Source: an uncultured Mucispirillum sp. (GTDB taxonomy: Bacteria; Chrysiogenota; Deferribacteres; Deferribacterales; Mucispirillaceae). From it: a stretch of DNA of 64,000 nt. The notes below the pieces were generated by a model, which was not told the DNA's origin, ran no database searches, and was given only the letters and a program-made list of their open reading frames with translations. Positions 62,784-64,000 of this stretch are shown one piece after another (the first letter of the stretch is position 1; each line of letters begins with the position of its first letter). The DNA lies in the NCBI GenBank assembly GCA_944324465.1, contig CALUWI010000001.1, positions 33,023 to 97,022 on the forward strand, in the 5' to 3' direction. The translations under genes were made by a program, and so were the position numbers.

Positions 62784-63683
62784 CTATTTTCTCCCTCTAA
62801 GCCATACACCAAGCAGACCTTTATATGGTGCAATAAGCAGTGAAATAAAAAACATTATAGAAAGAACGATTGTAATAGATATTCCAGAAGAAACATGGCT
62901 TATATTTCCTGCAATTACTGCCCCTATGCCGCCGCCTAGTCCGCCAAAAAAACCAGAAAGCAGTGTGATAGTAAAAAGCCTGTTGCTCCAAAGTCTTGCC
63001 GTAACAGCTGGTATTAAAAATATTGATACAGCTAAAAATACTCCCATTAATTTTACAGATAAAGCTACAAGGCACACTACAAATACATTTATTAAATGCA
63101 CATAAAACATAGTATGAAAATGGCTTGTTTTTGCTATATCTACATTAAAAATTACAACACGAAGCCTTCTGAAAAATAAAAGCAGCAGTACAATTACTGT
63201 TACAGTAATTATTCTTAAAAAATAAAATTCTTCATCAGTTAATGAAGTTGTTTCTCCAAATAAATATACATCTATACCAGAATCTAATGCACCGCCTGCC
63301 TGCCTGATACTTGTAACAAGAGTAATACCTACACCCAGCAGTACAGCAGTCATAAGGCTTTGTATAATATGGGGATGAAGCCTGTTTGTTTTATAAAGTA
63401 TATTTAATATTGTTATCATTATTAATATACCTAAAATAGAGCCTGTAAAAGAATATATATGCTTATCTACCTGACTGAATATATAAGGACTTATAGATAA
63501 TCCAAGGCTTGAAAGAAGAAATAAAAGCAGTGTGCCTACAAAAGAGCCGGCAGATAAAGCATTTATTTCTATACTTCTTCTCTGGTATGATATAAATACA
63601 CCAAGCATACCAGCACTAAGCCCAAGAAATACAGCACTTTTAAGCATAGTTTGGAAAAGAAATGAATTACTTATTTCTAGCAT
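62784..63683 (-). CDS. Mn/Zn-type ABC transporter permease
   Basis: YLFGE, LIPAVTARLWSNRL, ISSGISI. Confidence 0.85.
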   Translation of the reverse strand: MLEISNSFLFQTMLKSAVFLGLSAGMLGVFISYQRRSIEINALSAGSFVGTLLLFLLSSLGLSISPYIFSQVDKHIYSFTGSILGILIMITILNILYKTNRLHPHIIQSLMTAVLLGVGITLVTSIRQAGGALDSGIDVYLFGETTSLTDEEFYFLRIITVTVIVLLLLFFRRLRVVIFNVDIAKTSHFHTMFYVHLINVFVVCLVALSVKLMGVFLAVSIFLIPAVTARLWSNRLFTITLLSGFFGGLGGGIGAVIAGNISHVSSGISITIVLSIMFFISLLIAPYKGLLGVWLRGRK

Positions 63684-64000
63684 GGCTTTCTTCCATATAT
63701 AAACGGATATTTTTTATCATACCAGCAGACATTCCGTATGCTTTTTCAAAATTTTCTTCTGTTAATACATCTTCAGTTGTACCGCTTGCAATAAGCCGCA
63801 CATTTAAAAGAGATACCATATCAAAATAGCGGGGAATAGTAACAAAATCATAATGGGAAACAATAACTGTTTTCTTCTTGTGCCTTAATTCCTGCAGCAC
63901 ATCAATAATAATATTAATGCTTTCCTCATCAGCAGCAATCATTGGTTCATCCATTATATAAATTCTAGCATCCTGCACTAATGCTCTTGCAATTAATGCC
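63667..64000 (-). CDS. Metal ABC transporter ATP-binding protein, 5' part beyond the right edge
   Basis: ALIARALVQDARIYIMDEP Walker B, IVSHYD H-loop. Confidence 0.88.
   Translation of the reverse strand, partial: ALIARALVQDARIYIMDEPMIAADEESINIIIDVLQELRHKKKTVIVSHYDFVTIPRYFDMVSLLNVRLIASGTTEDVLTEENFEKAYGMSAGMIKNIRLYMEESHARNK

Overview
AT-rich bacterial chromosomal window from a Gram-negative anaerobe. Gene content resembles Deferribacterota such as Mucispirillum; this is inference, not a database match. From left to right it holds: a TolC/HlyD/ABC-permease efflux operon; a type III restriction-modification pair whose mod gene is frameshifted at a G10 tract; a nearly complete, divergently split type II secretion cluster (gspCDEF / gspGHIJKLMN, no prepilin peptidase gspO here) with an embedded CPBP intramembrane protease; an mltB-lipoprotein-beta-barrel-lipoprotein operon; a glycogen/alpha-glucan cluster built on three GH57 enzymes, a GalT-like protein, an atypical glycogen synthase and an NTP-transferase/phosphohexomutase fusion flanked by two inverted modular MITE-like elements; an MCP; tRNA-Leu(GAG) followed by a small islet (triple entry-exclusion-like repeat protein, IS256 remnant, endonuclease I); ligA; a U32 protein; a lipoprotein whose promoter has a C9 tract in the -35/-10 spacer; lipid A/LPS genes (lpxK, GT2, GT9, msbA); a small tetraheme cytochrome; hemW; a NUDIX hydrolase; and a Mn/Zn-type ABC transporter. 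No CRISPR array or rRNA was seen. All family assignments come from motif recognition by eye; no searches were run.
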